NCBI GenBank assembly: GCA_018653315.1
Contig: JABIAL010000016.1
Location: 3,433-67,432, forward strand
Length of the DNA stretch: 64,000 bases
Source: a bacterium
Lineage (GTDB): Bacteria; Patescibacteriota; Patescibacteriia; UBA1558; GWA2-36-10
Direction of reading: 5' to 3'
Both the position numbers and the translations under genes were made by a program. Under the pieces are notes generated by a model that was not told the DNA's origin, searched no databases, and was given only the letters and a program-made list of their open reading frames with translations. Shown here in pieces: positions 29,541-38,015 of the stretch (position 1 is the first letter of the stretch; every line of letters starts with the position of its first letter).

Positions 29541-30317
29541 ATGATAGCTAATAAAAAAATAATCTATATTGAACCACTTAAAAATAAAAAAAGAAACATT
29601 GTAGTAGATGAAGATAGTGTGGTGATAGAAGTGATAGATGAAGATAGTAAAGATTTTGATAAATTCAAAACTAATATTAGCATTGCTGATAACATCAATG
29701 TTGAATATGTTTATTTGTTTAACAAAAATATAACTAGTCCAATTATAGAAGATAGAGAAATTAAATTGGGTATTAATACTCGGTTAAAAAATTATTATTG
29801 TTATTTAGGAAGCAATTTTACTGTTACTTTAAAACAACAATTAGATAGTCATTCAGAGCTTGATCATAATGTAGTATTTTTAGCTGATCAGAAGAATAAT
29901 TTAAATATTCAAGCCAAAAATAATTTTCTTTACCCGAAGGCTAAGGGTGTCTTCACAATTCAAGGCATTGTCAAAGATCAGGCCAGGGCTGGTTATTACA
30001 GTAGTATTATTATTGACCAGATAGCAAAAGATGCAAATGCTAAATTAGAAATGTCGGCTATTAATTTAAGTAAAGAGGCAAAAATTAGTTTAGTTCCCGC
30101 TTTGAAAGTAGCTACTAACCAAGTAAATGCTTCGCACTCTGCTCGAATTAGTAATTTAAGTAAAAAGCAATTATTTTATTTGAATAGTCGGGGAATAGAT
30201 AAGATTCAAGCACAAGAATTATTAATTCAAAGTGTTTTTCAATCTTTCTTAGATAAACTACCAAATGAAGAAATTAAAAATAAAATTGAGGCTTTATTAA
30301 AAAATAAATTATCATGA
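29541..30317 (+). CDS. sufD: Fe-S assembly protein (short SufD)
   Basis: P.L....V.ASHSA, QLFYLNSRGI; operon position. Confidence 0.85.
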   Translation: MIANKKIIYIEPLKNKKRNIVVDEDSVVIEVIDEDSKDFDKFKTNISIADNINVEYVYLFNKNITSPIIEDREIKLGINTRLKNYYCYLGSNFTVTLKQQLDSHSELDHNVVFLADQKNNLNIQAKNNFLYPKAKGVFTIQGIVKDQARAGYYSSIIIDQIAKDANAKLEMSAINLSKEAKISLVPALKVATNQVNASHSARISNLSKKQLFYLNSRGIDKIQAQELLIQSVFQSFLDKLPNEEIKNKIEALLKNKLS

Positions 30318-31531
30318 AAAATATCAGAGCACAATTTCCTATTTTAAAACAAAAGATTAATGGTCAAGATTTAATCTATTTTGATAACGCAGCTACTTCT
30401 CAAAAACCGCAAGTAGTAATAAATGCTGTTAGTGAATTTTATAGTAAATATAATTCTAATATTCATCGTGGTCTGAATCCTTTGGTAGATCAGGCTACTC
30501 AGATGTATGAAGAGGCGAGAATTTCGGTGGCTAAATTTATTAATGCTCAATCTGCTGCAGAGATTATTTTTACTCGTAATACTACGGAAAGCATAAATTT
30601 AGTTGCTCAGAGTTTTGGCCGTAAGTTTTTAAAAGCAGGCGATACAGTTGTTTTATCTATTTGTGAACATCACTCAAACATTGTGCCGTGGCTACAGCTA
30701 AAAGAAGAGTTAAATATAAATTTAGAATTTATAGACTTAAATAAATCTGGTGAGTTAGATTTATCAGAAGCAGAAAAGTTATTAAATAACAAAAAAGTGA
30801 AATTACTAAGTATTCAAAGTGCTTCAAATACTTTGGGTTTAACGCATGATATAGATAAATTACTAGATTTAGCTAAGAAAAATAACGTCGTCAGCTTAGT
30901 TGACGCGGCTCAAAGTATTAGCCATCAACAAATAGACGTACAAAAATTAAATTGTGATTTTTTAGTTTTTTCTGGGCATAAAATGTTTGGCCCAACTGGC
31001 ATTGGTGTTTTATATGGCAAAAAAGATTTATTAAATAAAATGCCAGCTTGGCAAGGCGGAGGAGATATGATTGGCGAAGTATTCTTGGATCATTTTACAG
31101 TAAATGACTTGCCACATAAGTTTGAAGCTGGTACACCAAATATTGTCGGGGCTATTGGCTTAAAAGCAGCTATTGATTTTATTCAAGATATTAGCTGGAA
31201 AGAAATTAAAGCTCAGGAAGTAGATTTAACTAAATATTTATTAACTAAATTGTCGAAACTTGATTTTATAAAGATTTATGGTAGTACAAATTTAGTTAAT
31301 CATTTACCAGTGTTAGCTTTTAATATCAAAGGTGTACATGCTCATGATGTGGCAGATATTTTAGGTGAAAAAGGGATTATGATTAGAGCTGGCCAACATT
31401 GCACCCAGCCTTTACATGATTATTTACAAATTCCAGCTACAGCTAGAGTTAGTTTATCTATTTATAATACCAAACAGGAAGTAGATAAATTAGTAGAAGA
31501 ATTACAAAAAATTTATATTAAATTTAAATAA
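30314..31531 (+). CDS. sufS: Cysteine desulfurase
   Basis: YFDNAATSQKP, SGHKM.GPTG, FEAGTP, RAGQHC. Confidence 0.96.
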   Translation: MKNIRAQFPILKQKINGQDLIYFDNAATSQKPQVVINAVSEFYSKYNSNIHRGLNPLVDQATQMYEEARISVAKFINAQSAAEIIFTRNTTESINLVAQSFGRKFLKAGDTVVLSICEHHSNIVPWLQLKEELNINLEFIDLNKSGELDLSEAEKLLNNKKVKLLSIQSASNTLGLTHDIDKLLDLAKKNNVVSLVDAAQSISHQQIDVQKLNCDFLVFSGHKMFGPTGIGVLYGKKDLLNKMPAWQGGGDMIGEVFLDHFTVNDLPHKFEAGTPNIVGAIGLKAAIDFIQDISWKEIKAQEVDLTKYLLTKLSKLDFIKIYGSTNLVNHLPVLAFNIKGVHAHDVADILGEKGIMIRAGQHCTQPLHDYLQIPATARVSLSIYNTKQEVDKLVEELQKIYIKFK

Positions 31532-31532
31532 G

Positions 31533-31931
31533 ATGGATATATATGCACAAAATGTAATGGATCACTATAAGTGTCCTCGTAATCAAGGAGAAATAGATAA
31601 TCCTAGTATGTCTGGCAAGCAGGTTAATCGTTCTTGTGGAGATACTTTAGTTGTTGATTTAAAAGTAAAAGATGATAAAATTATTGATCTTAAATTTCAA
31701 GGACAAGGCTGTGCTATTTCTCAGGCTGCTATGTCGATATTAAGTGAATCGATAATTGATCAAACTATTGAGCAAGTTTTAATTTTAAAACATAAGGATG
31801 TTTTAAAATTGTTAGGCGTAGAAGTAGGACAACGCAGATTTAAGTGTGTGCTTTTAGGTTTGTTAACTGTACAAAATATTATTTTACGTAAACAAAAAAA
31901 GCCAGAGCGAGTCTGGAATGATTTTGTTTAA
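31533..31931 (+). CDS. sufU: SufU/NifU-like sulfur-transfer protein
   Basis: HYK.PRN.G, N.SCGD, GCAISQA, R.KC. Confidence 0.92.
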   Translation: MDIYAQNVMDHYKCPRNQGEIDNPSMSGKQVNRSCGDTLVVDLKVKDDKIIDLKFQGQGCAISQAAMSILSESIIDQTIEQVLILKHKDVLKLLGVEVGQRRFKCVLLGLLTVQNIILRKQKKPERVWNDFV

Positions 31932-31991
31932 ATAAAAAACCTCGACACTCAACAACTGATGTTGTGTATTGTGTCGAGGTCCAGCAGGGTA

Positions 31992-32414
31992 TTATCGTCT
32001 GATTAAGTGTAGATTTCGTCGAGAGACTACGCTGCTATCAGATCTTAAGATTGACTCAATTCGATAGAAGCCGCCGTCTAATCCGGCTTGATAGCGAACA
32101 TCTGCTAGTCGTGTAGCAGAGTAATCATTATTTAAGATTTGATGTCGGACATACTGCCAATTTCCTTCATTTGGGTCTACGTAATACTTGTAGATCCGTA
32201 GAAATTTGAGTGGCGGATGCGGGTTATAGATCGAGCAAGTATCTCGAAATGTTTCAGCTGGAAACCACAGGCTATCTGCACTGTATTCAATCAATGAATT
32301 GTTGCCATCTGTTTTGAGTTGAAAATCAAGATCGCCAAGCTTGGCATTAGTTTCGCACCCTAGAATAAGGGTAAAAAGTAGCATGCTCATAAGAATTGTT
32401 TTGAAAAACGTCAT
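31992..32414 (-). CDS. Orphan putative lipoprotein
   Basis: ATG 32414 after SD AGGAG; lipobox ILG-C; promoter TTGACA-17-TATAAT (32486-32458); terminator hairpin near 31935-31980. Confidence 0.7.
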   Translation of the reverse strand: MTFFKTILMSMLLFTLILGCETNAKLGDLDFQLKTDGNNSLIEYSADSLWFPAETFRDTCSIYNPHPPLKFLRIYKYYVDPNEGNWQYVRHQILNNDYSATRLADVRYQAGLDGGFYRIESILRSDSSVVSRRNLHLIRR

Positions 32415-32580
32415 GTCTTTCTCCTGCTTTGTGTTGTCAATTGTGCTATTCTTCGGTATTATATCATATTTTATATATATTGTCAATAGCAAGAAAAAAG
32501 GGGATAAAACAGTTGACAATAAGCTTATTTTTTGTTAATCTATGGATACTTTTTTGTAAAAATATTATAAATAGAAAATT

Positions 32581-32898
32581 ATGTTAGCTGTTATTAAAAC
32601 TGGTGGAAAACAATATCAAGTAAAACAAGGTGATGTTTTGAGCATCGAAAAATTACCAGATAATCAAGATGGAGACAAAGTAGTTTTTGATCAAGTTTTA
32701 TTATTGATTGATGATAAGGATAATGTCACTATGGGTGATCCAATAGTAAAATCTGCTAAAGTAGAAGCTAAATTAATCCGTAACTACAAAGATAAAAAAG
32801 TTACCGTGATTAAATACAAAGCTAAAACTCGTTATAAAAAAACAGTTGGTCATCGTCAACACCAAGCTGAGATCAAGATTGAAAAGATTGTAGCTTAA
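32581..32898 (+). CDS. rplU: 50S ribosomal protein L21
   Basis: AVIKTGGKQY.V, GHRQ. Confidence 0.98.
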   Translation: MLAVIKTGGKQYQVKQGDVLSIEKLPDNQDGDKVVFDQVLLLIDDKDNVTMGDPIVKSAKVEAKLIRNYKDKKVTVIKYKAKTRYKKTVGHRQHQAEIKIEKIVA

Positions 32899-32917
32899 AT
32901 TAAATTTACTTATATTA

Positions 32918-32947
32918 AAAAACACCTCAATTGACTGAGGTGTTTTT
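32918..32947. terminator. Bidirectional intrinsic terminator
   Basis: AAAAAACACCTCA...TGAGGTGTTTTT between rplU and recR. Confidence 0.8.
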
Positions 32948-33539
32948 ATATTTTCTTACGATTTTCTAAAGCTGATGATAAAGTAATTTCATCAGTGTAT
33001 TCTATATTGGCACCCATCGGAATGCCACGTGCTAATTGGCTTGTTGTGATATCATATTTTTTTAATAGCTTAGCTAGATAAATAGCCGTAGCTTCACCTT
33101 CCATGCTTTGATCTAAAACTAAAATTATTTCCTTAACTTGTTTATCTACTATTCTTTGTTCTAGTTCACTTATTTTTAGTTTATCGGGTGTGATGCCATC
33201 TAAAGGATTTATTACACCATTAAGTAAATGATAAGTGCCAGTAAATTGTCCGGTTTTTTCTACTGCCTCTACATCTTGGTTATGAGCCACAACACAAACT
33301 ACGGTTTGGTCACGATTTGGATTACCACAGATATTACATAAATCATTATCAGATAGGTTAAAACACTGCGGACAAAGATGAATCTGTCCATGCGCATCGT
33401 TAAGAGCATCGGCAAAAGATTTAATGTCTTCTTTACGATGTAGTAAATCAAAAACTAAGCGGGAGGCAGTTTTTGGTCCAATTCCCGGTAGTTTATCGAA
33501 TTCAGCTATTAGCCTTTGGATGAAATCTGGTAGATGCAC
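32946..33539 (-). CDS. recR: Recombination mediator RecR
   Basis: LPGIGPKTA.R, C4 zinc finger, EGEATA.Y, LARG.P.G. Confidence 0.96.
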   Translation of the reverse strand: MHLPDFIQRLIAEFDKLPGIGPKTASRLVFDLLHRKEDIKSFADALNDAHGQIHLCPQCFNLSDNDLCNICGNPNRDQTVVCVVAHNQDVEAVEKTGQFTGTYHLLNGVINPLDGITPDKLKISELEQRIVDKQVKEIILVLDQSMEGEATAIYLAKLLKKYDITTSQLARGIPMGANIEYTDEITLSSALENRKKI

Positions 33540-33581
33540 TATGGTGGATTAAATTAATATTTTAATTTATACTAAATTTTT

Positions 33582-33607
33582 TGTCATCCCGAACGTAGTT
33601 GAGGGAT
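33582..33607. repeat. REP-like palindrome variant
   Basis: TGTCATCCC-GAAC-GTA-GTT-GA-GGGAT. Confidence 0.6.
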
Positions 33608-33900
33608 TATTTCATTCCAGGAAAGTTAAAATCTCCTGATTGTTGCATTTTCATTGCCATTTTTCTTTGTACTTTTTTGATGCATTCAGCTACAGCATCT
33701 TTAATACCTTTTTCTAAGTCAGATTTATTATTAGCAGATAACATTTCTGGTTTGATATCCAAAGTTTTAATTTCTTGGTTACCATCCATGATAATTTTTA
33801 CAGCTTTGTTTTCTACTTCAACGCTTTCTTTAGCCATCATGCTTTTTAAGTCATTGGCTTGTTTTCTTAAATCGTTGAATTGTTTTAGTTTGTTGAACAT
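33607..33900 (-). CDS. ybaB: YbaB/EbfC nucleoid-associated protein
   Basis: Size, helix-beta-helix pattern and adjacency to recR. Confidence 0.85.
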   Translation of the reverse strand: MFNKLKQFNDLRKQANDLKSMMAKESVEVENKAVKIIMDGNQEIKTLDIKPEMLSANNKSDLEKGIKDAVAECIKKVQRKMAMKMQQSGDFNFPGMK

Positions 33901-33934
33901 ATTTTTGTTTATTAATAATTTTTAAATTATTTTA

Positions 33935-35377
33935 TTATGTATTAGGTTTTGCATTGTCCTCATTCATATTTTGCCAGCCACCAACTTGTTGAATAGGTGG
34001 TGGCTCATTTTCGACTGGAGGCGGAGTATTAGCATTGATGTGTTGTTTTTCCATGCTACGGAAAGTCACTTTAGTATCATCAAAAAATAAATTGATGATG
34101 CCAGTTGGACCATTACGATGTTTTTCTATGTGTAATTCAACTAAGTTTTTTTCATCTTCAGGACAATCACGAGATTTATCTCTAGATTTACGATAAATAA
34201 ACATAACAATGTCTGCATCTTGTTCAATAGAACCTGATTCACGTAGATCGGCTAATTTTGGAATAGCTGGTGACCTGTTTTCTACTGCTCGAGATAATTG
34301 AGATAATGCTAGTACAGGTATATCTAATTCTTTGGCTAATTGTTTTAAAGCACGGGATATTTCAGAAATTTCTTGGACACGATTTTCATTACTACGTCCT
34401 TCCATTAATTGTAAATAGTCGATAACTAAAAATCCTACGCCATGTTCCATTTTTAAACGACGAGCTTTAGTACGTAATTCCATGATATTAGCTCCAGCTG
34501 AATCGTCGATAAAAATTGGCGCTTCAGATAATACACCCATGGCACGACCAATACGAGGGAAATCATCATCATCTTCTTTGTCGGATAGTTTACCAGTACG
34601 CATGCGCCAAAGATCAACCCCAGCTTCAGTGGCTAATAGTTTATCTACTAATTGTTCCTTAGACATTTCTAAAGAAAAGATGCCAACTGGAATTTTAGAT
34701 TTTACAGCAATAGTACGTAAAATATCTAAAGCTAAAGTAGTTTTACCAACTGAAGGACGAGCCGCTAGGATAATAAGATCAGAGTTTTGGAAACCAGATA
34801 ATAGCTTATCTAAATCATTATAGCCAGTAGGAATACCACGTACACCATTGCCACCGGATTTATGTAGTTCATCAATACGATTAAAGGTATCTTGCAAGAT
34901 ATTTTTGACAGGAATGAAATTTTGCCTTAGTGAGTGTTGGGAAATAGCAAAAAGTTTTTGTTCAGCCTTGTCTAATGTTTTTTCTACATCTTCTTCTTCA
35001 GAAAAAGAAAATTCAGATATTTCTGCGGCTGCTGTCTCTAATTGACGTAAAATAGATTTTTTACGAATAATATTAGCATAAGATTTAACATGAGAGGCGC
35101 TAGGTACAGCGGCTGTTAGTTCTGCTAGATATGCTTTACCACCAATTTGTTCTAGTTGTTTTTTTTCACCTAAACGATTACCAACAGAAAGAATATCTAT
35201 TGGCTCGTGTTTATCTAATAAATCCAAAATAGATTCAAAGATCATGCCGTGCTTATTATTATAAAAGTCATGCGGAGTAATTCCGTCAGCAACTTTAATA
35301 ATAGCTTCTTTGTCTATTAGGATAGCACCTAATAAGGAAGCCTCAGCTTCTAGATTTTGTGGGGGCAATTTACTCAT
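33935..35377 (-). CDS. dnaB: Replicative DNA helicase
   Basis: PPQNLEAE, AARPSVGKT, IDYLQLM, SQLSR, DLRESGSIEQDAD; no intein. Confidence 0.98.
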   Translation of the reverse strand: MSKLPPQNLEAEASLLGAILIDKEAIIKVADGITPHDFYNNKHGMIFESILDLLDKHEPIDILSVGNRLGEKKQLEQIGGKAYLAELTAAVPSASHVKSYANIIRKKSILRQLETAAAEISEFSFSEEEDVEKTLDKAEQKLFAISQHSLRQNFIPVKNILQDTFNRIDELHKSGGNGVRGIPTGYNDLDKLLSGFQNSDLIILAARPSVGKTTLALDILRTIAVKSKIPVGIFSLEMSKEQLVDKLLATEAGVDLWRMRTGKLSDKEDDDDFPRIGRAMGVLSEAPIFIDDSAGANIMELRTKARRLKMEHGVGFLVIDYLQLMEGRSNENRVQEISEISRALKQLAKELDIPVLALSQLSRAVENRSPAIPKLADLRESGSIEQDADIVMFIYRKSRDKSRDCPEDEKNLVELHIEKHRNGPTGIINLFFDDTKVTFRSMEKQHINANTPPPVENEPPPIQQVGGWQNMNEDNAKPNT

Positions 35378-35423
35378 AGTAGACTTAGCTTACTCTATTT
35401 TATTTGATTTTTCAAGGTGTTTT

Positions 35424-35454
35424 TTATCGACAGTTTATACCCATTTTATCCAAA
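35424..35454 (+). promoter_or_regulatory. Three phased DnaA-box-like 9-mers upstream of dnaB
   Basis: TTATCGACA, TTATACCCA, TTATCCAAA at 11-bp spacing, each one mismatch from TTATNCACA. Confidence 0.55.
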
Positions 35455-35745
35455 AAAATAAACCCGTCTACAATAGCAGACGGGTGTCTTAAACGTGTTA
35501 TGCAATGCTTTATCAGATTGTTATAGGCTGTTGATCAGCTTAGTTACTGATCAAATCTGATTTTTGCCGGCATTACTGCGGCGCTCGTGTGTTTATTTGG
35601 CTTTGTTTGTCGTGGCGTCGAAACGCTGGGTGTTGATCGAAGGGCTAAACACAATCATAAGCAGCCTCCTTAGAGTTAGCTTCCATTTGCCATTAGACAG
35701 GGCCGGACAGATGTCCGCCGAAAGTACGTTTATGTTCATATCTTA
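35453..35745 (-). other. Short transcription unit: sRNA and/or small ORF (35593-35658, 21 aa; or 35593-35739, 48 aa)
   Basis: TTTACA-17-TAAGAT promoter, AAGGAGG SD before ATG 35658, nested hairpin, terminator ACCCGTCT/AGACGGGT plus T-run. Confidence 0.45.
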
Positions 35746-35813
35746 ATATATATTTATTATTTTGTAAATAGAAAATAAAAAACAAGGCTTTAACCTTGTG
35801 TGTAGATGATGTG

Positions 35814-35916
35814 TGTCCTTCGATTCCTTCTCGTTATTCTCCGAAGTCACTCAGGACAAGTTTCTCCAAGCTGAAGCGGCTCGACTGAGCTCGCCGTAGT
35901 CCTTGTCGAAGCTTGG
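35814..35916. repeat. Inverted pair of REP-like palindromes at the tRNA-Lys 3' end
   Basis: On the minus strand: CCAAGCT-TCGAC...CGCTTC-AGCTTGG, then TGTCCT-GAGTG...AATCGA-AGGACA. Confidence 0.75.
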
Positions 35917-35989
35917 TGCGCCCAGTAGGATTTGAACCTACGACCATCAGCTTAAAAGGCTGCTGCTCTACCAACTGAGCTATAGGCGC
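35914..35989 (-). tRNA. tRNA-Lys(TTT)
   Basis: GCGCCTATAGCTCAGTTGGTAGAGC...CTTTTAA...GGTTCAAATCC...GGGCGCACCA. Confidence 0.95.
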
Positions 35990-36082
35990 ATGTGTAAAAT
36001 ACGAGCTTTATTATAGGGTATTTTAGCTTAATTGTCAAAGGGGGTTCAAGGGGGATGTGCCCCCTTGGAACAAAAAATAAAA

Positions 36083-37903
36083 TTACATCACCTCCGGAGC
36101 TTCTATTCCTAATAATTTTAGTCCTTTAGCTAGAATTTTTTTAGTTTGTAGACATAATTGTAAACGAAGATGTTTAGTATTCTCATCATCGGCCTGCAAG
36201 ACAGAATGTTGTTGGTAAAAGTGGTTAAATATTTTAGCGAGTTCAAATAAATATTGAGTTAGAGTAGCAGGATTATAGCTAATAGTAGCTTGAGTAATAG
36301 TTTCAGGGAAGTTTAAAAGTAATTTGAGTAAGATTTTTTCTTCATCATTAAGCTTTAGTTTTTTATCTAAATCTTCTAGCACAGGAATATTAGCTGCTTT
36401 TTTAAGAATATTATTGATCCTAGCATGAGTATATTGAATAAACGGGCCAGTATAACCATCAAAAGAGATTGAAGCTTGCGGATCAAAAGTCATGTCTTTT
36501 TGGGGGTTGGTGCTAAGCATGAAAAATTTTAAAGCACCAAGACCAACCATTTCAGCTGTTTGCTGATCTTGTTTGGCTGTAGTTTTAATCTGTTTTTGGG
36601 CTTTAGCCATGATATCCGTTGCCTTAGTTTTCATCTCTTTGATCATGTCGTCAGCATCAACTACATTGCCTTCTCGAGATTTCATTTTGCCGTCAGGTAG
36701 ATTAACCATACCATAGGCTAGATGATGTAAATTATCTGCCCAATTATATCCTAATTTTTTGAGAATTAAAAATAAGATTTTAAAATGATAATTTTGTTCA
36801 TTGGCAACTACATAGATCATGTTATCTAATTCAAATTCATCATAACGATCTTTAGCTGTACCTAAATCTTGAGTGATATAAACTGATGTTCCGTCACCAC
36901 GTAAAACTAATTTATCATCTAGGTTTTCAGCAGATAGATCAGCCCAAACAGAATTATCCTCTTTTTTATAGAAAACATTTTGTTTTAATCCAGCTTCAAC
37001 CATGTCTTTACCTAAAAGATAAGTGTCACTTTCATAATATACTTTATCAAAAGTAATACCTAGATTTGTATAAGTTTCCTCAAATCCCTGGTAAACCCAG
37101 TCATTCATGGTCTGCCACAGCTGACGAACTTCTTTATTGTTATCTTCCCATTGTTTAAGTATTATTTGTGCCTCTTGCATTAAAGGAGATTGAGCTAAAA
37201 ATTCTTCTTCTGTTTTTCTTTTGTCTAAATCTGAAAGCTTGTCTAAGTTTATTGTATTTTCTATATAATATTGTTCTTTTTCTTTTTTTAGTTCTTGATT
37301 AAATCTAACATAATAAATACCAACAAAATGATCACCTTTAGTTTTAGTAGATTCTGGCGTTTCATTGTTGCCCCATTTTTGGTAGGACAACATACTTTTA
37401 ACAATATGAATGCCACGATCGTTAATAATATTGACTGGAATTACTGAAAAACCACAAGCACGGTGTAGATTTACTAAAGTTTGACCTAAGACATCATTTC
37501 TTACATGACCTAAGTGTTGTGGTTTATTAGTATTTGGTCCAGAAAATTCAATCATTATTTTTTTGTCTTGACCAAAAATATTTTGGCCAAAGTTTTTATC
37601 ATTTAGATCAGCTAAAGATAATTGAGCAAATAGGTTGTTATCTATGGTGATATTTAAATATGGGCCAGCTGCTTTAGCTGAAACTATTAAATCATCTAAT
37701 TTATATTTATCAGCTAGAGTTTTAGCTACTTCATTTGGACTTTGTTTGCTTAGTTTAGCGATATCAAAACAAGCCAGAGCATAATCCCCTAAATCTTTAT
37801 TTGGTGGAAAGTTTAATTCTATTTGTTTTAGTTCAAGACCAATTTTAAAAATATCCGCAATGTTTGTTTGGATATTTGATTTAATAGTATCTAAGACAGT
37901 CAT
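36083..37903 (-). CDS. argS: Arginine--tRNA ligase
   Basis: PNTNKPQHLGH, Y.TQDLG, KMKSREG, GPFIQYTHAR, C-terminal PEVM. Confidence 0.96.
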   Translation of the reverse strand: MTVLDTIKSNIQTNIADIFKIGLELKQIELNFPPNKDLGDYALACFDIAKLSKQSPNEVAKTLADKYKLDDLIVSAKAAGPYLNITIDNNLFAQLSLADLNDKNFGQNIFGQDKKIMIEFSGPNTNKPQHLGHVRNDVLGQTLVNLHRACGFSVIPVNIINDRGIHIVKSMLSYQKWGNNETPESTKTKGDHFVGIYYVRFNQELKKEKEQYYIENTINLDKLSDLDKRKTEEEFLAQSPLMQEAQIILKQWEDNNKEVRQLWQTMNDWVYQGFEETYTNLGITFDKVYYESDTYLLGKDMVEAGLKQNVFYKKEDNSVWADLSAENLDDKLVLRGDGTSVYITQDLGTAKDRYDEFELDNMIYVVANEQNYHFKILFLILKKLGYNWADNLHHLAYGMVNLPDGKMKSREGNVVDADDMIKEMKTKATDIMAKAQKQIKTTAKQDQQTAEMVGLGALKFFMLSTNPQKDMTFDPQASISFDGYTGPFIQYTHARINNILKKAANIPVLEDLDKKLKLNDEEKILLKLLLNFPETITQATISYNPATLTQYLFELAKIFNHFYQQHSVLQADDENTKHLRLQLCLQTKKILAKGLKLLGIEAPEVM

Positions 37904-38015
37904 AATTTTATTGTTAGTTTAGCTTAATCTTACTGATTTTTGAAGAAAAAATCAATCCCGCAGCTTTATCTGCCAAGTTGATTTATTTTTTAGTAAATTA
38001 TGGTATAATATTAAC

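Noticed and set aside
35400-35470. Replication origin
   Set aside because: Only three imperfect boxes in a short interval, with no dnaA/dnaN nearby; promoter regulation is the simpler reading.
36040-36070. GC-rich palindrome GTTCAAGGGGG...CCCCCTTGGAAC as a mobile element
   Set aside because: Single copy in the window; adequately explained as a hairpin after argS.
37904-38015. Arg-rich leader upstream of argS
   Set aside because: No uORF with Arg codons and no terminator/antiterminator pair seen.
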